From Eledone cirrhosa (lineage: Eukaryota), in assembly GCA_964016885.1 (NCBI GenBank), contig OZ024741.1, positions 54,932,001-54,996,000 on the forward strand: 64,000 nt of DNA, given 5' to 3'. Of the stretch, positions 26,111 to 40,179 are shown piece by piece (within the stretch, counting starts at the first letter, position 1; the number at the start of each line of letters is the position of its first letter). The translations under genes and the position numbers were made by a program. The notes beneath the pieces were generated by a model. The model was not told the origin of the DNA, made no database searches, and was given only the letters and a program-made list of their open reading frames with translations.

Positions 26111-26514
26111 CTGATGACAGTTGTTGGTAGTGACAGTGGTAGTAATATTGGGTGGATTACGGTGGTGGGGAAGTGTACTGTTTCTGATAATGGTAGTAGT
26201 GTTGGTAGTAGTGATACTAGGGCCAGAGGATAGTGAACGTGTTGGTGAAGGTATTGATGGTAGAGTGTGGCGGTTGTATATGTTCCTGACAGGAGCGTTA
26301 AAAGTCATAATACTTGTAATATCAATAATTATAATTTTGGCTATAATTTCGATAGAAATTGTTCTGAATAAATATTGAATGTTCTTTATGGTAAACCTTA
26401 CATCTATTAGAACAACGACACAATTCACGTATATATATTTATGCTCGACACGCTAGAAATTTCACACCTTAAATAAACGAATCTATATTTGACAATGACT
26501 CTGATATCCAACAA

Positions 26515-26830
26515 CAGCAAAACATCGACAAAGCTGGCCTTTGCAATTCGGTTCCCTACTTCCTTGTCCATTTTTGCATCACTAGTTATGACTGAGACAA
26601 GACAGGTGAAAATATCAACAAACCTAAGCAGTTTGTCATCCACAAAAACTGTTGGTAGAGCAGGTGACTGTTGCTCCACTATACTCTGATAAAGGAGATC
26701 AGTCTTTTTTATGCTGATTTTGATTCTGAACGCTTTACAATGCATCTAAAAGAGCATTTAGAATAGTTTGCAAGTCTATCAAGTTATGCGCCACAAAAGC
26801 ACAATTATCTACAAACAGATTACACATAAG
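26515..26830 (-). mobile_element. RTE (BovB-like) RT fragment
   Basis: LFVDNCAFVAH (LFADD-like), KISIKKT, SVITSDAKMDKEVGNRIAKAS. Confidence 0.8.
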
Positions 26831-26859
26831 ATATTTATATATATATATATATGTGTGTG

Positions 26860-26980
26860 GTGAAGGCGCGTGGCTGAGTGGTAAGAGAATTGCATTCGCA
26901 ATCATAAGGTTGTGAGTTGATTCTTGGACCGGGCGATGCGTTATGTCCTTGAGCAAGACACTTTATTTCACGTTGCTCTT
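26860..26980 (+). mobile_element. tRNA-derived SINE family B, 5' part
   Basis: A box tggctgagtgg, degenerate B box, then gtccttgagcaagacacttt (CORE-like). Confidence 0.7.
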
Positions 26981-27122
26981 TCTACCAGGAGTGGCGACCG
27001 ATAGAGAGTATTAGCAATTGGAAAGACCAACGGAAACACTGTTTCCTCGGTCCGATTTGACGAAAAGTCGATCGACTGTCAATGTACATCTATAACTCTC
27101 CAGTATTTGTTCTGTGTTCCTC

Positions 27123-27210
27123 TATGTATACAGTATGTATACAGTATGTATACAGTATGTATACAGTATGTATACAATATGTATACAGTATGTATACAGT
27201 ATGTATACAC
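27123..27210 (+). repeat. 11 bp tandem repeat (TATGTATACAG) x ~8
   Basis: Direct reading of the sequence. Confidence 0.9.
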
Positions 27211-27239
27211 ATAGTACATACATTCCACCACTATATAAT

Positions 27240-27815
27240 ACACTCTACCTACTTTTAAACTCTTATATTTTACCTGATCTCATTTGTTCCTATTCACTAC
27301 TTTATTTAATCATCTGCTAATATACTTCTATATAACCCACTTTTACTGTTAATTATCACTTCGAAATAACCCAGGTTTTACTGGTAACTCTTCACTTAAA
27401 AATACCCTTTTAGCCTCTAAATAACCCCACACCTCCACCCTGTATTTCTAAGACCATTTTATCCTTTCTCCTACTCCACTCCTACCCACTAACCACTTCT
27501 ACCCCCACCCACACTACTTTCTTCTCCTGACCCCTCTCCTATCTGGATATACTTACCACTGTCTGCTCCCCATACCTCCTCCATCTGACCAGTCTACTAC
27601 TTTGATAAACTCAACCAAAGGACCACCAACACCAAAGACCTACTTTTTCATACCCTACAGATATTATTATGCCCTTGGAAAGGCTTGCTGATCACACAAG
27701 TCTAAACCGCTTGGCGCCGCAGTCGGGACTTTACACGTCTGTATACCCACTCTACATCTCCCCGTGTATCGAGTACTCATATGATTATTGGTCTCCTCGG
27801 TCACGGCACCACAGA

Positions 27816-27816
<1 letters not shown>
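27240..27816 (+). mobile_element. PLE 3' terminal remnant with degenerate HHR
   Basis: Pyrimidine-rich region; ccc..ggcttg..caagtc.aaa.cgc..gc.gtcggg; tail tacccactctac..atcgagtactc shared with the 36481 cassette. Confidence 0.5.
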
Positions 27817-27847
<31 letters not shown>

Positions 27848-28215
27848 TTATATATATAAGTGAGAGAGATGTTTAAATATCTTCATAGGGAGAGGAAGGA
27901 AAGACTGCTTCTCTAATCAGCACAAAGAGAACGCAGTAAAAACAAAATGGACGACAACGCAGAAAAACAAAAGCCGCCAAGATGGCGGCAATGTGCCAGG
28001 GGCGGTTCATTGTAGATTAGAAGAGAGAAGCAGAAAATTCTTTTGTTATTCATGTTTGTTTCTATAAATCCAACTTACTTTAGTTCATCAGAGTAAAATA
28101 TAGAAAAATGGATATTTACTACTTGAATAACATTTTTATTATATATTATTGTATTTTTATTTAGAGTTTTTGGTGTAATATGAGTTCACATGTACATATT
28201 TATACACACACACAA

Positions 28216-28275
<60 letters not shown>

Positions 28276-28325
28276 GCACACATATTCAGTCACACACATA
28301 CACTTACACTCACAGACACATATAT

Positions 28326-28409
<84 letters not shown>

Positions 28410-28543
28410 CTATGTATATCACACATACACCCACACACCCACACACATATATATATTTATATATATAATATATTTATATTTATATCTATATATATATATT
28501 TATATTTATATATATATAATTTATATATATATATATATATATA

Positions 28544-28663
<120 letters not shown>

Positions 28664-28989
28664 CATGCAGGTATGTATATAAATATATGTATACAATTCC
28701 GATTATTTTCAGTGGTATGTATATTTTTTTTCCTACTTTTTCTTTTACTGTTATCTAATTCAGATCATAATATATGTATGAAATCATTAGTGCCAATAAC
28801 AACAGCAACTACAATATCAGTGTAAGCTCAACTATATCGTCAACAATGATAACAATACCAGTACCACTACTACCAGCAACAACACAACAACAACACCTTC
28901 AACAGCAGCAGCAACATAATAGCAAAAGCGCAACAACAGCAACAACATAATAGCAAAAGCGCAACAACAGCAACAACAATAACAATAAT

Positions 28990-29385
28990 ATTTGTTTCTA
29001 CCTTTGGCACAAGGCCAGTAAATACCCAGTTCATTACTGGTACTTTACGTTATGATGAAAGGCAAAGTTAGCCTCGGCGGGATTTAAACTCAGAAAGGGC
29101 CATAACTCTTTGCTGCAAAGTATGGTGTCTACGCTCTAGCGATACTGTCAATCCGCCATCCACCAATAACAATAATAATGATTTCCTATATAGGCACAAG
29201 GCCAGCAATTTGGGGGGAGAGCAAAGTCGATTAAATCAACCCCAGTGCATGACTGGTACTTTATTTTATCTACCCCGTAAGGATGAAAAGCAAAGTAAAA
29301 CCCGGCGGGGTTTGAACTCAAAACGTAAAGGGCCATAACTCTATGCTGCAAAGCATGGTGTCTGACGTTCCACCATCCACCAATA
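28990..29385 (-). mobile_element. Two tandem SINE family A copies
   Basis: ~28990-29165 and ~29178-29385 match family A and are separated by (AAT)n. Confidence 0.85.
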
Positions 29386-29594
29386 ACAATAATAACGCAA
29401 TAAAATAAACCAGATAAATATTCTCATATTAAGAAGTTCTTCCGTATCGTCAACAACAACAAGATGACTAACAACATGAACCAATGGGCATGCCCCATCG
29501 TGGTTATTCCCCTAAGTGAAGACAATTGAGCATTTCAATTGTCCTCGTCATTTGTACCATTGGTTTGTCTATTATTATCCATACGGTGTCTATC

Positions 29595-29930
29595 CCCCTT
29601 GAGGTTATAACTAATTTTATCTCTATATGCTGCTCTAGCAAAATCTGTGTTATAATAGTTTGAGTTTTCGTTGAAAATCTTTTGGTTTACAGAGATGCTG
29701 AAGATTCTGTTAAATACGCTCTTGAATATGGCCTTAACTATTCATCAAGGTGGTTTATGGAACGGGTTGTAAAGTTTTCTCACTAGGTTGAAAGTGATAT
29801 CTAAAAAGTTTTTTTTTTGGGGGGGGGGTCTATTTCTATTCTAAGTCCTAGGTTCTTAAATATGTATCTTTATAACCCTTTGGACTGGTTATATATTCTA
29901 CAATGTCTGAGTACTAACAATGTTATCTCA
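29595..29930 (-). pseudogene. PLE (Naiad-like) RT remnant
   Basis: NFLDITFNL..YNPFHKP..SVFNRIFSIS..IFNENSNYYN aligns by eye to NFLDATLYL..YAPFHKP..SNRISNLS..FNNNLQYYN of the 3-1895 ORF. Confidence 0.75.
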
Positions 29931-30633
29931 GGCGTAACTTTCAACTACAAAACGTGAGACTCCAACTGAACTCCTGATAACGAGATATGTTGCTTACTTA
30001 TAATAGTATGCCGAGTCTATTTCTTTAATACCAAAAGGGCGTTTCCCACAAAAGTATCTAACATATACTTCACATGTGTTACTATATACATTATAGTAAC
30101 GATGGGGTAACAACTGGCAATGTTATTCAAACCGAGTTAATCGAACCATCTCATTCATAATACTTCTTTAATACAGATATATACTTATAATCCTAGAGTA
30201 TCAGTAGAAATACACTGAGCAGATTGAGAATCCTAATGTACACGACGTATTTTGATTTCATAACCTACTCACCACTATAACATAACACCTATAAATACTA
30301 CGTAACGACTTTCTTTATTCCTTATTATTTATGTCGCACACGTGCATATGTGTATTTACATTTTCATCTTTAGTTATATACTTACCTATTTTTACCTTTA
30401 TTTTTAATTGTTATAAGTGAATTTATAGTAAGGTACATGAACAAATACTGAGGTCATAATTGCGATTACTACTACAACAGCCACTACTACGACTGCTGCT
30501 GCTGCTGCTACTACTAGTACTACTACTGCTGCTGCTGCTGCTACTACTACTACTGCAACCACTATTACTAATACTAATACTAATCCCTTCAAATAAGACA
30601 TTCTCTAACCCTTGAAACAAAAGTGGTTGTATT

Positions 30634-30780
30634 GGTGGATTGGCAGTATTGGTAGAGGGTCGGACGCTATGCTTTGCAGCATGGAGTTACGGGCCTTTAC
30701 GATCTCAGTTCAAATCCCGCCGAGGTTAACTTTGCCTTTTATCCTTACGGGGTCGATAAAATAAAGTAGAAACAATTACA
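30634..30780 (+). mobile_element. SINE family A (internally deleted)
   Basis: A box tggcagtattgg, B box gttcaaatcc, conserved central domain. Confidence 0.85.
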
Positions 30781-31147
30781 GTATTTTGTACTGGCAGCCA
30801 CAGCTAGTTTTTGTTGTTTGTTATTCCTAGTTTTATTTCAGACAATCCCACACAAACAGCAGCAGCTTTGAAACAGACTTATATTAGTCCCATAAAATCC
30901 ATCACATGTGAAGAAAAACAAGACCTTACTGGTAAAACCAATCCTACAACTACAGATACCTAAAATACTGACCGTTCTTTCAACTACCGACATCATACAT
31001 CAATATTGCCATTTTGTTTGCGGGGCACAGCCAAAAACCGTTCTGACCTAGGGGTAGAGTCAGTCACCCTCTATATATAAAACAGTAACAATGTAACAAA
31101 TAAAATGATGTAAGATTCAAATTCAGTGACGTCTTCTTCATTAGTTA

Positions 31148-31511
31148 GGGCGGTGGATTGGCAGTATCAGTAGAAGGTCGGACGCCATGCTGTCCAGCAT
31201 AGTTACGTCCCTTTACAAATCCCGCCGAGGTTCACTTTGCCTTTCATCCTTACGGGGTCGATAAAATAAAGTACCAGTAATGCACTGGGTAATTGCTGGC
31301 CTTGTGCCTAAAGTAGAAACAATTATTATTGGCAGTATCGGTAGAGAGTCGGACACCATGTTTTGAAGCATAGTTACGTCCGTTTACGATCTGAGTTCAA
31401 ATCCCGCCGGGGTTGACTTTGCCTTTCATCCTTACGGGGTCGATAAAATAAAGTACCAGTAATACACTGGGTAATTGCTGGCCTTGTGCCAAAAGTAGAA
31501 ACAATTATTAT
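31148..31511 (+). mobile_element. Head-to-tail dimer of SINE family A
   Basis: Two copies (~31148-31330 and ~31330-31511), each ending aaagtagaaacaattatta. Confidence 0.88.
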
Positions 31512-31659
31512 ATTAATACTCCGTGGTGCACGGACCAGCTTGATTGGATCACTACTTGGAAAGTGAACTACTTCGATTTCCCAATCCTGTCTAGACATTG
31601 GTTAGTTGATCACCGAGTACAACTTGGAAACCATCAACGGATTAACTAATACCAAGGAA

Positions 31660-31710
<51 letters not shown>

Positions 31711-32043
31711 CGTGTGTGTGTGCGTGTCTGTGTTGTGTGTGCGTGTGTGCGTGCGTGTAAGCTTCTGTGTATTTTAACGATGAGAATCTGCTCCATTCTC
31801 TTCTACCAAATTATTTTCAAAAGATATTGGTGAATGTGAGGTTATGACCAATATCATTTGTCATGATGCTAAACAGGCAGATCTAATTTGGGCGCATGTG
31901 AATGTGAACTCTACGTGCTCCAATTGTATGCACATATATGTGTGTATGAAAGCATTCATGTACAGGTGCATTGCGTGTATAATATACAAACAAAACACGA
32001 TTCAATATTTAGAAATAATGGAATCTTTCTATTTATATAAATA

Positions 32044-32155
<112 letters not shown>

Positions 32156-33979
32156 TGTGAGTGTGTGTATTTATATAGACTTATTAAAAATTTAGTGTCA
32201 ATATAGGACAATTCATTGCTTTCGTGTCAACCGGAAATCGAAAACAATATAACAACCAATCACAGTGAAGCACGTCATAACTGAACCAATTAGCAATTTT
32301 TCTGTTTTCCAATTTCTGTTTCAGCTACATCTGAAATATCATCCATTAAATTAATACACCATATGAAAACGCTTCAATAGTTCTGCTTAGATATCGAATT
32401 TTAACAATATATATATGTGTGTGTGCTTCGGAATGGATGTGTGTATAGGTGAATGTGTATGTGGGAAGATGTGCGTGTGGGAGTGTGTGGATGAGTGAGG
32501 GGGTGGGTGTATGTGTGAGTGCATCAATAAAAGTAACTAAGGGAAAATAACTCGAAGCTCAATAAGCACAGTGGTGTGAATTTCGGATAGTTAAGCTGAC
32601 ATGTACTGAATACTGGACTTTCTGAGACAAATAAGGAACGTAAATCTGCAGCAGTCTTTAGCATCTCTTTGGCAAAGTAATATAATTTCAAAGAATTGGA
32701 AATTCTCAGTCAAAGAAAGAGGATTACGGGTGGTAAAAACAATTTTTATCTTTGTATTGAACACGCGGTACAGCTATGGACAATAAAAATAAACAATCTT
32801 ATCTTTGTTTCAAATGCAAGGAACATCTATGGCGACATGTGCCTCTATATGAATTCTGAACTCAGCAGTCCAAGATTAATTTTCTTGCCTCCGCTGAAAT
32901 TACCATATACAAAAAAACTTGATTATGTAAGCATGGATAATTTGCATGATTATTAGTGGAGGGACCTAAGAGAAAATAATTAAAATAAAACAGTAGCATG
33001 AATTTGAAAAATAAATTTAAAGTTTGCTGCCAGATACGGTATTTGACAAATTCTGAATCTGCTGAAATTCGGTGTCAAAAAAATAAGACAAAAATCTCAG
33101 CTGCACTTTCTAGGAAATCAGAAGAAAAGGGAAAGTAATCCAATAGTAACTACGAATAGATTCTGTGACTGCTTCGGGATATGTAGTATTCAGGATAGGC
33201 TGAGTCATTAGTTACAGAATCCTTTGAATAATCAGGAATACACCAGATTGTTGTTCAGCAATCATATCTCTAATCTTCAGATGAAATAGACAGAATAGTG
33301 GAGTTTTATTGATAGGGTTCTTTTATATTCTAGTGGGACTCTATCATTGCCTATCTGAAAAATAATGCTTATTTTAAAGCAGCGCGTAGTATCACTGAAG
33401 AGAGAAATCTAAAATGAGTTACAGTTATACACATATATGTGTATATATGTGTATAACTGTAAACGTTAAGGGCATGCGTGTCTAAGGAACCCGGAAACAG
33501 TCAGAGATTAATTTTAGTAGCAGGCGGGTTAATTTCATCAGCAAACATTGCCATTGAACGAAAATCTGGATCAACTAGAGTATTCATCGTAGAAACCGAT
33601 ACCGACGCAGGACCATCGAACACATTATATATGACAAGAACGTAACTGTTCTTAATATTCAGTAGGCAACACAATCACGTATCTTATCTATATTAGCGGT
33701 AAGACAAGCTGGCAAAGAAGATCTTATCAGATGAAAAGCCATATCGTCAACAATAACTCCAACTGATTCCTTTTATGCTCACGTGCTTGGAATAAGATTA
33801 TATTTAAGATATGCCTAATGCCACAGAAATACAAACAAACACACATACACACACACATATGTGTGTGTGTATGTATATATATATATATACATATATATAT
33901 ATACATATATATATACATTTATACATATATATATACACACATACATGCATACATATATATATATATATACATACACATG

Positions 33980-34032
<53 letters not shown>

Positions 34033-34076
34033 CCAACAGTACGATAAATAGTGTAGCTTGAAAGACATACTGACGT

Positions 34077-34125
<49 letters not shown>

Positions 34126-34248
34126 GTTATGCACATGTACATACAAATGAATGGATGTTTATATATGGTATATGTGTATATATCACTATATACATAAACA
34201 CGTAGATATAAATACACACACACACAAATACATATATATATATATATA

Positions 34249-34335
<87 letters not shown>

Positions 34336-34351
34336 TACTTCGCTTTTACTT

Positions 34352-34402
<51 letters not shown>

Positions 34403-34497
34403 AGTGCGAGGTGGTGAATAAGTAAAAGAGAGAAATAGACAGAAAGGCAGACAAGCAGATAAACACAATGATAATTATATATATGTAAAATATATTC

Positions 34498-34558
<61 letters not shown>

Positions 34559-34835
34559 GTGTATATATTAGTACTGTAAGTGGTTGTGTACGTGTGTGTG
34601 CGTATGTATGTGTGAGACTACTGAGTGCATGTGTATGTGTGGGTATGACATGAGAGATACGTGAGGTGTTTATGCACTTTAGAGATGTACAATTGTGATA
34701 ATTGTTAAAGGTGCTTTGAGTTGTATTAAGATCAATATTAAAGACATAAGTGAACAGTTTTCTCCTGGAAGTAACAGCTATATAACAAATTCAGTTGAAT
34801 GCCAATTCACATGAGTCAACCAAGTTCATAAGCGC

Positions 34836-34904
<69 letters not shown>

Positions 34905-34910
<6 letters not shown>

Positions 34911-35700
34911 GGTAAACAGAATTAACAACACAATCGGTACAGTATATGGAAGGTATATATTAGGTTAACGCTTGATATAGCAGGAAGAGGGTCTTAACAT
35001 TTCGGGCGCTAGTCCTTCATCAGAAGAAAGAATGAGAAATAAAATAGATTAAGAGGACAGGTGGGATGGAATTGGAAAACATGTCTTTAGATAAAAATAA
35101 TAGGTCCATTCATGTTGACATCTCTTGCAAAACTGTTGGTGCTGGCGTTTTGTGTATGATTTGTTTTTTAGAAAAGTGGATGATGGCGCGCGTCTACCTG
35201 AAATGGAAAAAAAAACGTTTTGTAAAAAGAGCTATACTTGAGCACGTTATAGGTCCGTACGAAGCTAAGAAGAAATATGTGTGTATATGTGAGTAAAAGT
35301 GTACGAAGCTATGAACAAAGAGAAAGCGATCGGAATCTAGGGGTGTGATAATGGACGGGGTATTAGAAAAATTGAGGAGGTGAGTTGAGTCCAAGAGGGG
35401 AATAGGACCCAAGACGGTGAATCAGACTTTGTTCAGTCCTGGTGCGCGGTCCTGTGATCCATGACTGAAACGTGTAGGGAAGAACGACCAGGAGAACAGA
35501 AATGACGGGCGACAGGAGTATCCAAACCGAGACGTATGTGCCTCAAATGTTCGGCAAAGCGGTCCGCCATACGCCGTCCCGTTTGTCCGATATATAAAGA
35601 CCCGGAAATGGAACACCGGAGGGTATAGACAACGTGGGTGGATGTGCAGGTGAAGGAATGGCGGATACGGAAAGAACCAATAGGGCTTAATTTCTGTGTA
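34905..35700 (-). mobile_element. 5'-truncated PLE (Neptune-like GIY-YIG) with terminal HHR
   Basis: FTCTSTHVVYTLRC..LYIGQTGRRMADRFAEH..PVARHF and EQSLIHRLGSYSPLGLN; HHR at 34992-35027. Confidence 0.85.
34992..35027 (-). ncRNA. Minimal type I hammerhead
   Basis: tctt-CTGATGA-aggactagcgccc-GAAA-tgtt-aaga. Confidence 0.65.
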
Positions 35701-35725
35701 ATGGAAAATAGATATGTGTATTGTA

Positions 35726-35776
<51 letters not shown>

Positions 35777-36117
35777 TGTGTGTGCGCACATATATACATG
35801 TATATATTGTACCTTTTGATTTTTGATTTGGAATTTCAGTGTTGGTATAGATATATTATTATTATAATGTATTATACTGTGTTATATATAATTCCTGTTC
35901 TATATAACCAAATTTGCTTAGATTTAAGTTGGTGACTTTGGGCTATATTTGTAATATGGTTCTTAATGTTATCTACATCCTTAGTTATTATAATTTTATT
36001 AGTTTTATCTTCATTTTTATTATCGTATATCCTTGTAAGACATTAGTGTATGTAAACTCCATATTCTTCAGAGTTTCTGGCTTGTATCTGCCGAAATTAC
36101 CTCTTGTTGTTTTGATT

Positions 36118-36155
36118 GCCCTGATGAGTCCTTAATAGGACGAAACATTGTCGGC
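36118..36155 (+). ncRNA. Canonical minimal type I hammerhead
   Basis: gcc-CTGATGA-gtcct-taat-aggac-GAAA-cattg-TC-ggc, followed by aataaa. Confidence 0.85.
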
Positions 36156-36305
36156 TAATAAAAACTTTTGATATATTAAAGGATTCTTTGTTTTACTCTC
36201 TTAATTTTTCGGCTCTGTTTAACTGCATTGAGCTATACCTTTTACTGTCATTTCTATAATACGAAGAGGGTGTTTGACTCAAACACGCTCCAGTATTCTA
36301 ATCCT

Positions 36306-36479
<174 letters not shown>

Positions 36480-36487
36480 AATTCAGG

Positions 36488-36582
36488 ACCCCGACGGCTG
36501 AGCTCTGGCTATTTCAACAGCTAGATCCGAATTAAAGCGCCGGTATTCGAGCGGCAGGAATCTAGCTGATCTCCTCGGGGGT
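36488..36582 (-). ncRNA. Type I hammerhead, core CCGAGGA, extended stem II; inverted partial copy + tail at 36600-36755
   Basis: ccc-ccgagga-(cagctagat..atctagctg)-GAAA-(tagc..gccg)-TC-ggg. Confidence 0.6.
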
Positions 36583-37517
36583 ATAATCCATATATGGACC
36601 GAATACCGGCGCTTTAGTTCGAATCTAGCTGTTAAAATGGCCGGAGCTCAGCCGTGAGGGTCCTGAATGTGTTCATATTACCCATTCTACTACCCCAAGT
36701 TATCGAGTACTCTGGTGAGTAATAGTCTAACCGGTTTTTACTACCTCCAATCTGATATATACACACACATAAATATATAATGTGTGTGTGGGTGTGTGTA
36801 TTCTTTATTTTTCATATTTATGTAATCATCAATGGTTTTTAAGTCAACATTGTGAGTGAAACAGATGTATTGAGAATAAACATTTATTTTATTTATATGT
36901 GTGCCTGTGTCTATATGCATATCGATATATTCCTATATATATGTATGTCGGGTCACTCTTGAGTGCTACTGATAACATGTAACCCAGTACAACCTGTCGC
37001 ATGGTCGGGTCGTCGGCGACTAAACCGGCAACCGCACCAAGTTTACTTGGTGAAGAGGGTAATTTTGGACACCCTGCAGGACAAAAAACAGAACCTGACA
37101 AAGAGCAGAAGAACTCATAAGAGTCAACGGCCATCCAAAAGTCTGTAAATATGTATATACACATGTACATATGTATGTATATGTATATGTATATGTGTAT
37201 AAACATGGGTGCATGTGTATGTATATGTGCGGGGACATAGAAATTAATCGGGCTGGACCGCCGATCGCGCTGTTAAACCACTGGGGGTGAAGGACCCCTA
37301 GCCTTTGTCAGGACATTCTTCTAGGAGAAGGAAGTCAGGAAACTGAGATAACTCCGAAATAAAACCTGCGGCTTAGTAGTTACCGATGATGTTGATCTTT
37401 TCTTCTTTTCGGGTTATAGCTACTGTCGCTCAGAGACTGGGATTGGCTCAATGCACAGTCTTTCCTCACTTTGAAAAAATATCTTCACGCTCAGGCTTTG
37501 CCGATAGAATTAGTTAA

Positions 37518-37706
37518 TTATTTCTACGTTAGGCACAAGGCCAGCAATTACCCAGTGCATTACTGGTACTTTATTTTATCGACCCCGTAAGGATGAAAGG
37601 CAAAGTTAACCTTGGCGGGATTTGAACTCAGAAAGGCAAGGGCCGTAACTCTATACGTCAAAGCATGGCGTCCGACCCTCTACCAATACTGCCAATACAC
37701 CACCAG
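37518..37706 (-). mobile_element. Full-length SINE family A
   Basis: Complete head, central domain and tail; possible TSD tagaatta.ttaat on both sides. Confidence 0.88.
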
Positions 37707-37811
37707 TAGAATTAATTAATAAGTATTAATAATGGTATATTGTGCAATGGCCATACCCGATAATGAGGAGGCAGCCATCATGTATGTATGTATGCATGCA
37801 TGTATGAATGT

Positions 37812-38755
37812 TATTCTCTTTCTTTCAATTTTGAGTGCATTTTTGACCGGCCAGCTTCCTGGTGGCAAGGTTATAAAAGAAAAGAAATTGTCATCCCTTA
37901 AATCGCAAGAATGTTTCGCAAATTTTGAAGGTGCCAGATATCGCGTCCATTTGTAGTCTATGAATTAGGGAGTTGCGCTCTTTGTCCACAAATCCAAGTT
38001 CGGTCATATATTGGTCTAAGTGGCTTGGTATATAACCTGTAGCTCCAATAATGATGGGTATGAAGCTGGAGGTGTATCTTGGATACTGGATCTACAAACT
38101 CTTCATCAATGGTCCGTATATGTCCTCCTTCTCTTGCATTTTTCTTAAAACGCTGACATCAAGTGGGCAGCTGAATTCTACAATAGGGCACGTTTTCAAA
38201 GTGTGGTCCCAAACAACAATACCGGACCGGTTGAGCTTTAATATGGTGGCAGTTTTTATTTTCAGGTTCCACCAGTATTCTTTAGTGCCATCTATCTCAA
38301 CATATTCCTCCTCATTTGTTTTTCATTTTGTTTTCCTTAGTGCGTTCCTGATGGTTCTAGCTATCACATCGTGTCTCACAGGGAGGTAGTAACGAGACGA
38401 CATTCTTTCACAGTTGGCAACAATGTGGCTAACATCCATCTTTGTTTTACAAAGCCTACATTTATTGTCAACTGATGGCCCTCCTCTTTTGTGTAGTAGA
38501 TACTTGGTAGAGATTTCTTGTTCCTGTATTGCATACAGATATCCTTCAAGGTGACATGTTATAAACTTATCGGAACTCAGTGCTAGGGTTTTTGAATGAT
38601 TTGTCCCCTCTATTGTGTGTATTTTTCGTCTCAGGTACCCATGCACAACTTTCTCTGTAAATTGGTCCATTTTTTTAATCTTTTTTAGTATTGAATAGGA
38701 TCTTCCAATCTTCCAGTGAGAGAGATTTATATCAGGCCTTATTCCATGTCTCTCC
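37812..38755 (-). mobile_element. 5'-truncated RLE-type (R2/R4 group) LINE flanked by (ATGT)n
   Basis: EGYLYAIQEQEI, CRLCK..SHIVANC, RHDVIA, then RSGIVVWD..IVEFSCP and IIIGATG. Confidence 0.82.
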
Positions 38756-39019
38756 TCCATGTATGTATGCTTGTATGCATGTATGCATGTATGCATGCAT
38801 GTATGCATGCATATATGTATGTATGTATGCATGTATGTATGTATGTATGTATGTATGTATGTATGTATGCATGTATGTATGTATGTATGCATGTATGTAT
38901 GTATGTATTCATGTATGTATGCATGTCACTTACACACACGCACATATATATATATATATATATATATTACCGTCATTACTGATACAAGTTTACAAGATTA
39001 TGTCAACTGTTGATTTTCA

Positions 39020-39250
39020 AAAGAGTTCGTATAGTTGAAGCCGTTGGAGATGCTACTCATCATGCTTGCCAAGCATGTGGTAGAGAATGTAAATCAGCAG
39101 GAGGGCTCAAGCGACATGCAAAAGTACATGAACTCCAACCACAGCCGGCTATTCCCAGTGAATGTTTTGGTTGCCGACTCTGTGCAAGACATTTTAGATC
39201 ATTGGCTGGGCTAAAAAGCCACATTCGATCGCAGCGCTGTTATTGCTATC

Positions 39251-39325
<75 letters not shown>

Positions 39326-39490
39326 GATGCGTCTGTGTGTGTGCGTGTGTGTATATATATATATGTATATTATTATTGTTGTCGTTATTATTATTGTTGT
39401 TATTATTGTTGTTATTATTATTGTTATTATTATGTTTGCTTGTTTTTTCTCGTTCAATGGCCATACTCGATAACGAGGGGGCAGCCATCA
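39020..39490 (+). mobile_element. LINE (RTE-like) 3' end with two C2H2 fingers and short 3' tail
   Basis: CQACGRECKSAGGLKRHAKVH and CRLCARHFRSLAGLKSH. Tail caatggccatactcgataacgagggggcagccatca(tgta)n also occurs at ~37744 (+) and ~60876 (-). Confidence 0.6.
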
Positions 39491-40179
39491 TGTATGCATG
39501 TATGTATGTATGTATGTATGCATGTATGTATGTATGTATGTATGTATGAATGAATATAGATATCTATGTTCATGGCTTTAAATCCACGTACATGTATATA
39601 TACATGGGTGTCGGGATGTATGGATCAGTACACTAGGCTATCGGTGTTTGTATGTTCATACGGCTAGGAGTATGTAGGATTTTATATACATTCCTGTGTG
39701 TCTATGGATATGTATGGCTATATATGTTTCTATATATGAGTGAGCTGTTTTACATTCGTGAATTTATCGTCATATACGTATCTGACAGAAATAATATACA
39801 GCAGAAATCGACCCCAGTGCATTACTGGTGCTTTATTTATCGACCCAGTTAGAATGACAGGCAAAGCTAACCTCGACGGGATTTGAACTCAGAATGTAAT
39901 GGGCCGTATCTACTCTAACCTATAAACCATCAAAATTAATAAAGGCCAGTTGAAGAATTTTGATAAAATAGATCTTAATTATCTCCACGAGGACCCCCTC
40001 GCCCAAACTAATGTATTTGTCTATCCAACAACCTACTTAGGCCTGTTTATTTGACCATACAGCTATTTGATTTATAGCCCTCTGGGCAGGGTGTACGCAT
40101 GCGGCCAAAATAGGTCAACTGGCGCCTACGCCTAGTTCCATCAACGACTTTAGATGTCTATATGCTATCATTTTACTAT

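Noticed and set aside
28040-28100. Minus-strand CTGATGA..GAAA
   Set aside because: Stems I-III cannot be formed convincingly.
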